This document shows, piece by piece, positions 26,831-39,793 of a stretch of 64,000 bases of DNA. The DNA is taken from the NCBI RefSeq assembly GCF_009914755.1, contig NC_060940.1, one strand, 5' to 3'. The DNA comes from the human T2T-CHM13v2.0 reference genome, Homo sapiens. Both the position numbers and the translations under genes were made by a program. The notes under the pieces are model-generated. The model did no database searches. It was given only the letters and a program-made list of their open reading frames with translations, and was not told the DNA's origin. Position 1 is the first letter of the stretch. Each line of letters opens with the position of its first letter.

Positions 26831-27389
26831 TAGGTGGAAAAAAAAAAACCCCACTCTGGCAGAGAAAACAGGTTGAGGGAAGAGATGCTTGTATCTCGAA
26901 AACAACAGATTTGGGGAGAGTTTGGCTCCTCACCCCATCCAGACCTGATGATGGAGAGCAAAAGCCTAAACCTAGATGCTGGCAATGGTCTGAGGGGCTC
27001 CCCAGTCCTACGAGACAGGGCCCCCTCCCCCTGTAGAAACTTGGAGTATCTGACACTCGCTTTCCCAGACTCCCCTGCAGCTTGGGCACCACGTGCAAGG
27101 AGTGGGGTCCAGAAAGGTCTCAGGGGAGCGGTGGGGGCTTCAGGGGCAGCATGTGGGAATGCCAAATTTAGGCAAAATAAAATAATAACAATAAAATACG
27201 GTATGGGACACGCTTAGCCCCGAAACGTACTTATTGCTTATCTGCAGTTCCCGTTGAACTGGCCTGCTGTTGGCCAGGTGCAGTGGCTCATGCTGTAATC
27301 CCAGCACTTTGGGAGGCCGAGGCGGGCGGATCATGAAGTCAGGAGATTGAGACCATCCTGGCTAACACAGTGAAACCCCGTCTCTACTA

Positions 27390-27602
<213 letters not shown>

Positions 27603-28296
27603 TCATATGGCACCCCCAGTGTGGGTCTAACAGGAGAGCCTGGGCTCCCACCCCAGGGGGCTGCGTGGAGCCACAGCACTGCCACCAAGCAGGCGGGTCC
27701 CCTCATACAGCTCCGTGGCAGGAACTGGGAGCCACTCCTGGCTGCAGAGCTTCCCTGCTTGGTCCTCCAGCCCTCCCTGAGATTCTGTGGAATCTTCAAG
27801 GTCCTTTTAACAAATCCCTTTTCTGCTTAAATGAACTTGGGGTTCTGGAAAGAGTCACCTTCTCCCATCTCTCACAGAGCCAGATCCAGCTGGGAAAAAA
27901 GGGAGAAAGTGCCAGGACAGTCCTGAAAAACCCAAGCGTAGAAGGGCCTATTCCACATTTCCACTCAGAATTTGCAGTATTCCCCACCCTGCAAGCTGAA
28001 CACTCTCAGGAGAGGGGCCTGGAAGAGAGTCCAGGGCACAGCAAGCCTGGAGCCGCCCAGTGAGGCAGCAATGCCCTGGTTTGGTGTGGGAGGGCAGGCA
28101 GAGGCTCCCATGCCCCCAAAAAGAGACAGCCAGGAGATCCTGAAGGGGATCTCCCCACAGGGAAAGGGCATGGATGGGAGACCTGGCCCTCTCAACAGAT
28201 GCCGCCAGAGAACATGGCAATGACACCTTGTAGCTGGTGCTATCCTGAACAAATGGCACACATAATCTGATAGCTCCCTGCAGACCAGGGATGCTA

Positions 28297-28473
<177 letters not shown>

Positions 28474-31400
28474 TTAATGAACCAGTCCAGGGAGAGTGAT
28501 GTGGACAAGAAGGATATCCCGGCCTGTCCGGGTCTGGGTGGTCCGTCAGCGCCTTCCAAGGAAGAGTCTTTGATGTGGGCAGAGCCTTCGGCGGCAGATG
28601 CCAGGCACTTACCACAGTGACAGCAAGACAGTGTCTGTTAAGACGGCAGATTTGAGCTGAGGGAGTCCTGCTCTCTTTATGGCCACAGAATCTTCTGGTG
28701 GGGACTGAGAGAGGAAGAGAGTGTGCCCGGGAGTTCTTATCCGGATAGGTGCAGTCTTTGTGGATTAGGCAAAACATCTGGTCCCTGTTATCATGATGCC
28801 TTTTAAAATGTAGGATGGAGTCTTTTTCCAGGATGGAGTTACTTATGTCCAGGATGCTGTATACAGCGCCTATATCCAGTGCCACTTTGGTGAATGAATG
28901 AGCAAATGAATGAACACACAGCTGGTGGCACCAACCCTGGAGGAGCGAGTGTGGACACTGGTCTCGTTTTCTGATTTCAGCAGCTCCAGGCTGCAGGTCA
29001 GGGTGTGTGTAGCTGTAAACCGCTGCTCCATGGAGGATGAGAGGCTGCAAAGTGTGATTTCCTGGGTAGGAAAGACAGGTGCCTCTGCTTCCACCTGCTC
29101 AGCCCTGGGGAGAAGAGTTTGTTTCTATGACTCCCCTTTTCTGACTTTTTGCCTGGGCCTTTGGATGTTTTCCTGTTAAATGAAGGGCTAAAAGGAGGCA
29201 GAAAGTAAATGCGGCTGATTTCTCCCCAGGGAGTTGACAAAGAGCATGGGGAACCAGGAGCCTTGTTGAGAGTTTCAACCTCCTCCCTCCTCGCCGATCC
29301 CCTTGCCTGGCGGGCTGGGCTCAGGAAACTGATGGAGAAAAGGGGCTCTGTGTCTCCTCCATGTGTGCGTGTGTGCGTGTGTGTGTGTGTGTGTGTGCAT
29401 TTGTAAAGAGGGAGCCCAAGGGAAAGGAAGGGGCTAAAACATGAATACATTTCTAGTGACTGAGCCACTGTGTGCCTGGACCTAGAAGGAGTGTGATGCA
29501 AGTTGCACCTTTAAGATGGTTGTGATTGAAACCAGACAGCTACTGTATTTCCAAAGTGCTCCACCTTACTTGTGCCAGGCACTGTCTTCAGCTCTATAAA
29601 GATTAATTTCTTTCTTTTTTTTTTTGAGATGGAGTTTTACTCTTATAGTTCAGTCTGGAGTGTGATGGCAGTGATCTCAACTCACTGCAATCTCCGCCTC
29701 CCGGGTTCAAGCGATTCTCCTGCCTCAGCCTCCCGAATTACAGGAGCCCACCGACACGCCGGCTAATTTTTTGTATTTTTAATAGAGACTGGGTGACAGA
29801 GCAAGATCCTGTCTCAAGAAAATGATAATCAATTCAATTCAATTCAATGCAGTCCCCAGATCACCGGCTCTGTGCTCAGCAAACTTCATCACAACGGGAC
29901 TGATGTGGATCAGAGTGATGACCACTTCACGGATGAGACACTTCACTCCCCGCCTGCCTCCCAGATGCTAAGGAGGGATAATCCAAGTCTCAGCCTTCGA
30001 CAGTTCCTTCCCTTCCAGACGGTGTGGGTTGGTTTTTCCTCTAGTTGCTTTGCCAATTCAAGAGCAACAAACCCCACCACCTGCCATGTACTAAGAGGAA
30101 AATTATTTTTTTGAAACAAAAGGACACCGAATACAGCAGGGACACCCCGAGGTGTCGGCAGAGATGGGTCCCAGCTTGGAGTGGCAGCAGGCGCTCCCGT
30201 TTGACACCCCAGTTACCCCTTCGTGTGGAATTTCTGCACTGCCTCCAGGGACTTGGGGACCTAGCCCCAAAGCGTAGTCAAGGAAAGGGAGTTTAGATGC
30301 TGCCAGTGTCTCCGGGCTGGCTCTGTGGCCTCAGCTTACCTCGCCAGCTGTCTTTCAAAACTGCCCCGGGTGGCTCGCTCACCAGTCAGTGGTGACAATA
30401 GACAATTCGACAATCATAAGAGTGGGAGGGTGTGGGCGTCACTGCAGGCCGGGAGTCACGCAGCAGAAGAACACTGGGGGCCGGGGCTGCCTTTGGCAAC
30501 CGCAGTTCCCCTCCCAGCTCAGGAAGCAAGGCCTGAAGGGATTTTCGGGGACTGCTGTCTCTAGTCCTACTTTCTGCTCAGCTGTTTCCCCAGTATCTCT
30601 CTTTAGACTAAGAACCAGCTCTATTTCTCCGATAACAAAATGCGGGTGATGGTACCGTCCTCAGCACTTAGGATGGCAGATGCCAGAATTGTGTGGGTGT
30701 TCAGAGATGCATCATGGGAGTCACAATGCCGCCCTAACATCATGTTTTTGGATGTGCAATGAGAGCTTTCTCATTCATTCTATCAACAAATGAGGTTCTC
30801 AAGTGAATGCTCAGGATTGAGTACTGGAGACAGAGTGGTTCCCAGAGTCAGGGAAGGAGTAAACAAGAGTCTCACAAATAGCAGCGGTAGTCAGTGGCAT
30901 GTGGCTTTGAAGCAGGGGATTTTGTGTGTAAAGACAGGGAGGCTTCCTGGAGGAGGAATCTGGTCTTTATCTTAGGAGCAACGGCCACAGTCATGGAAGT
31001 GTTCATCAAGGGTGCTGGGATGAGATTTGCATCTCCAAGGCTCCTTCTGATGGCAGCATGGAAAATGGGTAGACAGGTCCAGCGTGGAGGCAAGGAGACC
31101 AGGTGGAGGCTGTTTCCCAGCCTGGGTGAGAGATTTCAGCAGCTCAGACTGGGGTGGTGGCCACTGGAATGGAGAGAAGCTGGTAGACAGATACTGAGGC
31201 AAAGACACTGGCTTGGGAGGACACAGGCTTTGGGGAGAGGGAGAAGGCAGGGTCAGATGCTTCCCGGTTACCTGGCTTCACGAAGCTGGACCGGTGGTGT
31301 TGTCAATCAATCCAGGTACCTTCGGGTTGAGGAAGGAGGTAGAAAGAAAAATCGTGGCCATGGTAAATTTCTTAAAAAATACAAAGCATAATCTACAATA

Positions 31401-32454
31401 TGACAGCACCTTGGTTTTAAAATATACGGAAAAAAGGCTGACAAGAAATTTACGGCAGATTAACAGAGGTTCTCTCTGAACAGGGGATTGTTTTCTTTCT
31501 ACTTTTCTCCATTTCCCAAATTTTCATTCATGATCATGTACAATATTACAATTAGGGAAAATCGCACTCGAAAAAAGCGTCGTATATTTGGCCAGCTCTA
31601 GAGACATCCATGCCTCTTATGGACGTAGCTTTTCCATTTTTTCAGAGCAGGGAGCAGACAATCCCAGTGCTGGGACTCAATGACCCTTGGTTTAACCTCA
31701 TCCATTTCCAAGATGATTCGCCAGACAGGCACAGCCTCACACGAGGAGCCTCTCAGAAGAACTTTTTTTTTTTTTTTGCTCCATTTGTTAAATCTGGGTT
31801 TGTGCATCATGTTCTGAGTTATAACAGTTCATTGTAAGTTTTTTTTTAAGTTCAATGCTGTATTTTGTCCATTTCTCCCAAAGAAACATGTAAATCAAAC
31901 CACAGGATGAAGTTGACATTTGCTTGCAGCTCTTGGGCCTTTTAAAAAATAAGAGGAGTTCCTTTTCCTGGCTTCGAAAAGGTAAAGGAGTGTTCTGTTT
32001 TGTTTCGCTTCTGGATTTGGGTAGAGAAGAAGCACTTTGAAGAAACCGCCACCATAAATCCCGTCTGCTTGCTTGGGAAGAACAGTTGGCTGGGGTCCTT
32101 TTAAGCCATGAGCCTGAGAAGCTGGAAATGGCGTGGTGCTTCCTGACATCCAGGAGCCATCAGGAAGAACACAGATGCATTCCAGGGGAGACAAACCCAG
32201 CCGCTCCCAAAACGGGGTGGGTGGGGGGAGGCAGGGAGCAGCGAAAGCTCTACCTCCGCACCGCTGACTGACAGCTGCGTCTTTCTAGGGCACCGCCCCG
32301 TGCCTTTGAGTCCTCCAACTGCACCAGGCTGGGACTCAGCCACCAAGTGTAGGGCTTTAGTTGAGTTCTTGCTCCCAGAGCCCAGAGCTGTCATTAGGCA
32401 TGGGAGGTGGCTGTCCATGCATGGAAGGCCAAGCTCTTCTGCCTCGACTAAACA

Positions 32455-32660
32455 GATAGCAATAGTAGAAGTAGTAGTAACATCAGTAGTAATAATAGTA
32501 ACGGTAGTAATAACGATAGCGGCAGTAACAGTAATAGTGGTAAGTGGTGGTTGTAGTAGTAATACCGATATCAGTGGTAATAATCCTAGTAATAATAGTA
32601 ATATTAATAATAGTAATAATGGAACTGATAATAATGGTAGGAACAGCAGTGGTGATCATA
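32455..32660. repeat. Degenerate (TAG/TAA/TGG)n trinucleotide tract; resumes at 33300-33340, with a second tract at 34370-34475
   Basis: Direct reading. Confidence 0.9.
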
Positions 32661-32670
32661 ATGGTCATCA

Positions 32671-33297
32671 GAGGAGAACCATCCCAGCAACCCAGCCACA
32701 GCTGGTCTTCACTGGACACCATGAACTACACCGTCCAAACCTTCTTCACTCCCGCCAACAGCAGCCGTTCCCCTAACTATAAGATGCTCAAGGAGGAGCA
32801 AGAGGTGGCTGTGCTGGGGGCACCCCACAACCCTGCTCCCCTGACGTCCACGTGATCCACATCCACAGCGAGACCTCTGTGACCGACCATGTCATCTGGT
32901 CCCTGTTTAACACCCTCTTCATGAACTCCTGCTGCCTGGGCTTCATAGCATTTGCCTACTCCGTGAAGTCTAGGGACAGGAAGATGGTTGACGACCTGAA
33001 CAGGGCCCAGGCCTATGCCTCCACCGCCAAGCATGTGAACATCTGGGCCCTGACTGTGGGCATCCTCATGACCATTCTGCTCATCATCATCCCGGTGCTG
33101 ACCTTCCAAATCTATCGATAGATCAGGAGGCATCATCCAGGCCAGGAGCTCGGCCCACGCCCTGTCTCCCACATGTTCCACTTTCTATTCCTTGCCCTGC
33201 CCCCAGAGCCAAGTCATGTATCAGCCCTTTATCCTCACACACTTTTCTACAACGGCATTCAGTAAAGTCCACATGTTCCTGGAAAAATAAATAAATA
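32671..33297 (+). pseudogene. Processed IFITM2/IFITM3-like pseudogene
   Basis: IFITM-type 5'UTR (gagaaccatcccag...ctggacaccATG). ATG at 32721 gives MNYTVQTFF...[10 protein letters not shown]; a 1-nt deletion at ~32851 gives TGA at 32853-32855; the shifted frame continues [46 protein letters not shown]...FQIYR-TAG (33119-33121). No intron at GTGAAG|TCTAGG (32968/32969). Decayed polyA signal AGTAAA at 33261, A-rich tail at 33283-33297, and target-site duplication ataatggtcatca (32658-32670) / atagtggtcataa (33295-33307). Confidence 0.96.
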
Positions 33298-35975
33298 GTG
33301 GTCATAATAATACTAAAACTAGCAGTGGTAGCAGCTGTCATTTAGTGTCCTCTGCATCCCAAACACCCTTGTAAGCACGTTCAGAGACAAACTCATGTAA
33401 TCTCCAAGACACCTGTGAGGAAGGACCACCTGAGGTCAGGAGTTCAAGACCAGCCTGGGCAACATGGTGAAACCCCGTCTCTACTAAAAATACAAAATTT
33501 GGCCAGGCATGGTGGCTCACGCCTGTAATCCCAGCACTTTGGGAGGCCGAGGCGGGAAGATCACGAGGTCAGGAGTTCGAGACCAGCCTGGCCAAAATGG
33601 CAAAACACTGTCTCTACTAAAAATACAAAACTTAGCCAGGCGTGGTGGTGCATGCCTGTAGTCCCAGCTACTTGGGAGGCTGAGGCAGAAGAATCGGTTG
33701 AACCCAGGAGACAGGTTGCAGTGAGCGGAGATCGCGCCATTGCGACCACCCTCAGTTCATAGATAAAGAAACTGAGGCACAGGGCTTTTATGTGATTTGC
33801 CCAAGGTCTCCCCACTATTAAAAGACAGGGCCACCAGGCGCAGTGGCTCACTCTTGTAATCCCAAAACTTTGGAAGGCCAAGGCCAGAGCATTACTTGAG
33901 TCCAGGAATTGGAGACCAGCCTGGGCAACAAGGCAAAACCCCATCTCTCCAAAGAATACAAAAATTAGCCAGGCATGATGGGGTGCACCTGTGGTCCCAG
34001 CTACTTGTGAGGCTGAGTTGGGAGGATCACTTGAGCCCAGGAAATCGAGGCTGCAGTGAGCCAAGATCACACCACTGCACTCCAGCCTGGGTGCCAAGAT
34101 CACACCACTGCACTCCAGCCTGGGTGACAGAACGAAAGCTTGTCTCAAAAAGAAATAAATAAAGAGGCAGGACCAGGACTTGAATCCACATCTGTGTCAC
34201 TTCAGAGGCCCCGTGTGCCCTTTCATCCAAACCAGTGGGTCTCCCGCCAGCCGCCCACAAGTCCCTGGAAACGTCTAAGCATCTGCGCCCCACCTTCGGG
34301 GACTCGGCTACAATCTAAGCTGAGTGCCCATGCATGGAGGACCCAGCTCTTCTGCCTCAACTAAATCAATAGTACCAGTAGAAGTATCGTAGTAATAATA
34401 GTAACTGTACTGATAACAATGGCAGTCGTGACAGCAACCGTAGTATTGGGGGTAGTAGTAGTAATAGTGCTATGAGTGGAAGCAGTTGGATTTTGTTGGG
34501 GGTTTGCCTGGTATTGGAAGCTGCCTCTCGCTGCCCTACACCAGGGGTTCTCCTGCACCGGCCTGGATCGAAATCCCTTGATGGGCTCTTAAAAATATAG
34601 ATTGCCAGGCCCAGCCCCAGAGCATCTGACTCAGGAGTTCTGGGGTGGGGCCTGAGAACCTGCATTCTAACAAGCCCCAGGGGATGCTGATTGGGCTGAC
34701 CCAGGAACCCCGCTTTGTGAGCCGCTGCTCTGGGCCAGTCCTTCCTCCCTGGAGGAAACTCTGTCATGTACACAAGCGCATGTTCATTCAACCCTCACTC
34801 AGCACTCAGCACGGGCCAAGTGCTGTGCTAAGCACAGAGGGTGACAAGGCAAAACAGACAAGTCCTTGCCCTTGGAGAGCTTCAGTCCCATCGTCTGCTC
34901 TTCTGGCTTTGACAGCAGGGACCCTCTGGGGCTGAGAGGGGCCTTGGGGAGTAGATAAGATGCCTGTTGGCGGGAGAGGACCTGCCTGCCCTGGGAAAGG
35001 CTCAGTTTGTTCTTGGTCCTTCAGCGAATCCATTGTCCAAACCTCCCCTGTAAACCAGTTACATAAGTGTTCCCTGAGGTCCGGAAACTTCCAGATGGCC
35101 CCGCGGCCCACCCCACCAGCTGGTCCTGGGATGTCAGCTCCGGTCGCTTCCCGGGCCCTGGAATTCCCAGAGCAGCCAGACACAAAGCAGCTGTCTAAAC
35201 GTCAGGAAGGCCAGGCACGCCGAGTGTGAGACGGGCTGACAATAGCCTGTGTGTACTCCTGGCCCCTCTCCAACAGCAGCTGGGCCCAGAGGGCGGTGGG
35301 GGCACCAGTGCCAACAAGGACGGAGCAGGGTCCCCATGACCCCAAACATCTGGGCCCCCAGCACACACCAGCTGTCCATCAGCCCCAGAGGGAGGTGCGC
35401 CAGCAACCTCCACCTTAGCCAGAACAGTCCACCCTGTCCCTGCCTTTCTGCTTGGACACATTCCTGGTCACTTCTGGTTGACAAACCTCCCCCCACCTGC
35501 TCCCAAGCCATCCTCAGCATATCAGGGAACCACCAGGGGCATCAGAATCACTCAGAAAATGTGTCTAGAATGCCCATTCCTGGGCCCCATCCACAGTCTA
35601 ATCCCATAGGTCTGAAAGCCGGCCCAGGAGTCTTTAGTTTTACAAAGTCCCAGGCAACTTTGATGCAGGAGTTCCTCAGGCCATACTTTGAGAAACACTG
35701 ACACATTATATGACATATGATCTATATGCAAGGGAGAATATTTTATATCTATATATGGTTGTCCATATCTACCGCCTGTCTACTTACCTATAGACAGATG
35801 ATGGATGATAGATGCCGACGTATCCCAGGACACTCAAGTCTCCACCTCACCTTCACATGGCTTTCTCCCCTTGTTTCCTAGAAGGACACCTGTCACTGAA
35901 TGTGGGGCCCACCCTAGTCAAGAATGATCCCACCTCGTGGATCACAAGGTCAGGAGATCAAGACCATCCTGGCTA

Positions 35976-36278
<303 letters not shown>

Positions 36279-37547
36279 TTAGTATGTGGACGGATCTTTT
36301 TGAAGATTCAAACTAGTACAATGGTATGTTATAAACTAATAGTTTATATTAGTTTAATGTAAACTATTCTAAAGAATATAGATATTCTCCTTGAAAATTG
36401 GATCTCGCCAGGCATGCTGGCTCACGTCTGCAATCCCAGCACTCAGGGAGGCAGAGGCAGAAGGGTCACTTGAGCCCAGGAGTTCAAGACCACCCTGGAG
36501 AACATAGGGAGACCCCATCTCTGCAAAAATAACAGGGGGGAAAAACAAGTTTGAAAATTGGACTTCAAGCAAAAAACACAGGAAAGACATTTGAATTCAA
36601 GTCCCCCAGAGGACAGAGCCTCAGGCTGCCTCTGGGCCCCTCTTCAAAGTGGGCGGGCTTTGCACTACAGCCAAGCAGAGCAGCCAATCAAATGGTTAGA
36701 TTTTTCTTAAAGGTCACAAACCTTCCGTTATGGTCTGCTTGTAAGCCCCGTGCATGCTTCACGCCCTCGCGATTTCTCTCCTTCCATCCCCGGCCTCTCC
36801 ACCCCACTCCTTTCCTGGCCCCTGCTAACTGGCTGACCTTGGACCTCTTCCCTTCTGCCCGGGCTCCCTCTCCCCCGCAGTCATCCCATCCCTTGCGTTA
36901 CACGCCATCTGCATGTGTGCCCCCTGCCCCACGCCACGTCTTCAGCTCTTGCCTCTCTGAGGCCCAGATCCACAGAGCCCACTGGCCAATGGCCATCTCC
37001 ACGCCTTGGCTGATGCCTCTTAGCCTGTCTGGGCTTCCATTGCCTGGCATGTAAAGCAATGATGACTTTGGAGGGCCGCTGTGCACGTGCAGGAGGCGAC
37101 AGCAAAGACGCTCAGCACGTGGTAAGCGCTGAAGGTCTGAGGATGGTGTCTTCTAAAGCAGCATGCAAACAGCACGGCCGCTCCCCTCGAGGGGGAGGAG
37201 CCTTTGGGAAGCAGGCCCGTGGCCAGGTCCTCCCAGGTTCAGGGGTCAGGGTACACAGCTGTTCAGCAAGACTCTTGGGAGGACCCTCCCCTTCCTTCCC
37301 TGGTGCCTGAAGCTTCAAGTCTTGGGCAGAGCCTCCCTGTTCTTTAGCAATGAGCCGTGGGATTTAAGTGTAAATCTCCCCCAGGAGACAAGAATCAAGG
37401 ACTTGGACTTATTCTCACTAAAGTGCATATGACTGACAGCAGATCAGTTCCCAAGAGAGAGCACGTACGAGGACCCCGGCAGTGGGGTCGAGCTTGGTGC
37501 CCCGGCTTCAGACAGCGCTCAAGGGTCTCATCACCCTCAAAGGGGGC

Positions 37548-37580
37548 AGTGCAGAATTGCCCACCACCAGGGGGCAGCAG
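37548..37580 (+). promoter_or_regulatory. Candidate CTCF site
   Basis: CCACCAGGGGGCAG at 37564-37577 is near the CTCF core consensus, with TGCAG upstream at about the spacing of the upstream motif. Motif evidence only. Confidence 0.6.
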
Positions 37581-38664
37581 AGCACCAGGGACCAATTGCT
37601 ACCACTCCCCGGAGGGGTGAGAATGGCTGCCTGTAACCCCAACCCATCTAGGCAGCCCCTCTTCCTTCCAGTCCAATATGTGCTCCATCCGCACACCCCA
37701 GGGGTCCAGAGAGGCCTCCAGGGAAGCAGGAACCCCATTTCTTAGAGGCCATTGAGCCCAAGTAGTGACTGAAGCCCTTGACCTGTTATCCAAGAAAGGG
37801 TCCCGCCCCCATCCCAGGGGCCCAGCCCCCATCCCCAGGACTTCTTAATGCCTTAAAGAGGGGTCCCTGGGCCAGAAGCAGCAGCCTCACCTGGGAGCTT
37901 GTTGTAAATGCATATTCTCTGGCCTCACGCCAGACCAGCAGAACCAGACTCTCAGGGAGTGGGCCTGCAATGCAGGTTTGAAGAAGCCCTCCAGGAAATT
38001 CTGATGCAGCTCAAATATGAGAACCAATGAATCAGGCCAAATAGGAACACTGCCTTCATTTGCACAGCCAGTGTTGCCATCAGGAAGGACAACATGCGGT
38101 GGTGGCAGCGCCCTGCACTACGAGGAGGCTGACCTGGAACGAGGGCACTGGACTCTGCGGGCCTGGCCTGTGCTGGCTGCAGTAGGTGGTTCATATGTCC
38201 TGATGGAGGAATGAGCTGGGAATGGTCACGGCCTCGACACACAGCGCCCATGACCCAGCTCCCATCGAATCCAGAAGGAAGAGTTAAACGTACCCTCGGG
38301 GTTGCCAGTTCTCCAAAATGAGTGCTTCTGTGGCTGGAAAGGAGCCTCAGTGCTCTGCAGACTGGGCACTTCAGTAGAGGCCACTCATCAGGAAGCATCA
38401 GAAGGGAGGGGACCCCACGGCCTGGATTCAAATCCCTGATTCATACGAGCTGGGATTTGAATCTACTCGGGTTTCACAACCTCTCCGATCCCCAGCTTTC
38501 CCGCTCTGTCCACTGGGGACAGTAACAGAACCGACCAAATAAGCTTGTTGTGGGGACAAAATAAGATCATTCATGAGACACCCTGGCCCGTAGTAAACAT
38601 TCACCAATATCAGCGAATTTTCTTAATAAACAGGTCATGTAAGTTGTAAAAATCTATGTGTTCT

Positions 38665-39278
38665 CAATCTGGCTGTTCCTCTAAAGGTTAAACATAGTGT
38701 TTCCAAAGGACCCAGCAATTCCACTTGTGAGTTTACGCCCAAGAGAAATGAAAACTTACGTTCACACAAAAACGTGTGCAAGAATGCTCTTGGCAGCACT
38801 ATTCACAGTAGCCAAAAAAAGTGGAAACAGCCCACATGTCCATCAGCTGATGATGGAGAAACAAAAAGTGCTCCATTCACTCAATGGAACATTATTTGGC
38901 CATGAAGAAGGAATGGTGTTCAGGTATGTGTGACAATGTTCATGACCTTGAAGACGTGGTGCTGAGTGAAAGAAGCCAGACACAAAGAACCACAGACTGC
39001 ATGATGCCATTTATAGGAAACATCCAGAACAGGCAAATCCAGAGAGACTGAAAGTGGATTCACGGTTAGCAGGGGCTGGAGGAAGTTGGGGAATTGGGGA
39101 TGATGGTTAAGGTACAGGGGTTTTTTTGGGGGGAAATAAAATATTCTAAAGAGGATTGTAGTGATGGCTGCACACCTCTGTGGATACACTAAAAACCACT
39201 GTACTGTGGGCTTTTAACAGGTGAATTGTGTGGTATGTGAATTATACCTCAAAAAAAAGCTGTTAAAAAAAAAAAAAA
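38665..39278 (+). mobile_element. L1MB-like 3' end
   Basis: gacccagcaattccac...agaaatgaaaacttacgttcacacaaaaac...gctgagtgaaagaagccagacacaaa...gtatgtgaattatacctcaa followed by an A tail. Confidence 0.85.
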
Positions 39279-39531
39279 TCCATGCTTCTCCCATGAGATT
39301 CTCTAGAGCTATTTTAATTGTTAATGAGAGAAAACAGGTGCACCCCATGAACATTATAATTTTTCCCAAACTGATCCCTAAGCAAAAGAGTTTAGAAAAG
39401 GTGCCTGAGGCCACGTGCAGTGGCTCACGATTGTAATCTCAGTGCTTTGAGAGGGAGGCCGAGGCAGGCGGATTGCTTGAGGTCAGGAGTTCGAGACCAG
39501 TCTGTGCAACATAGGGAGACTCTTATCTTTA

Positions 39532-39793
<262 letters not shown>

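Noticed and set aside
32300-32776. 158-aa ORF with V/I and N/S runs
   Set aside because: The composition comes from the trinucleotide tract and it is out of frame with IFITM.
32777-33181. 134-aa minus-strand ORF
   Set aside because: Antisense shadow of the GC-rich IFITM coding sequence.
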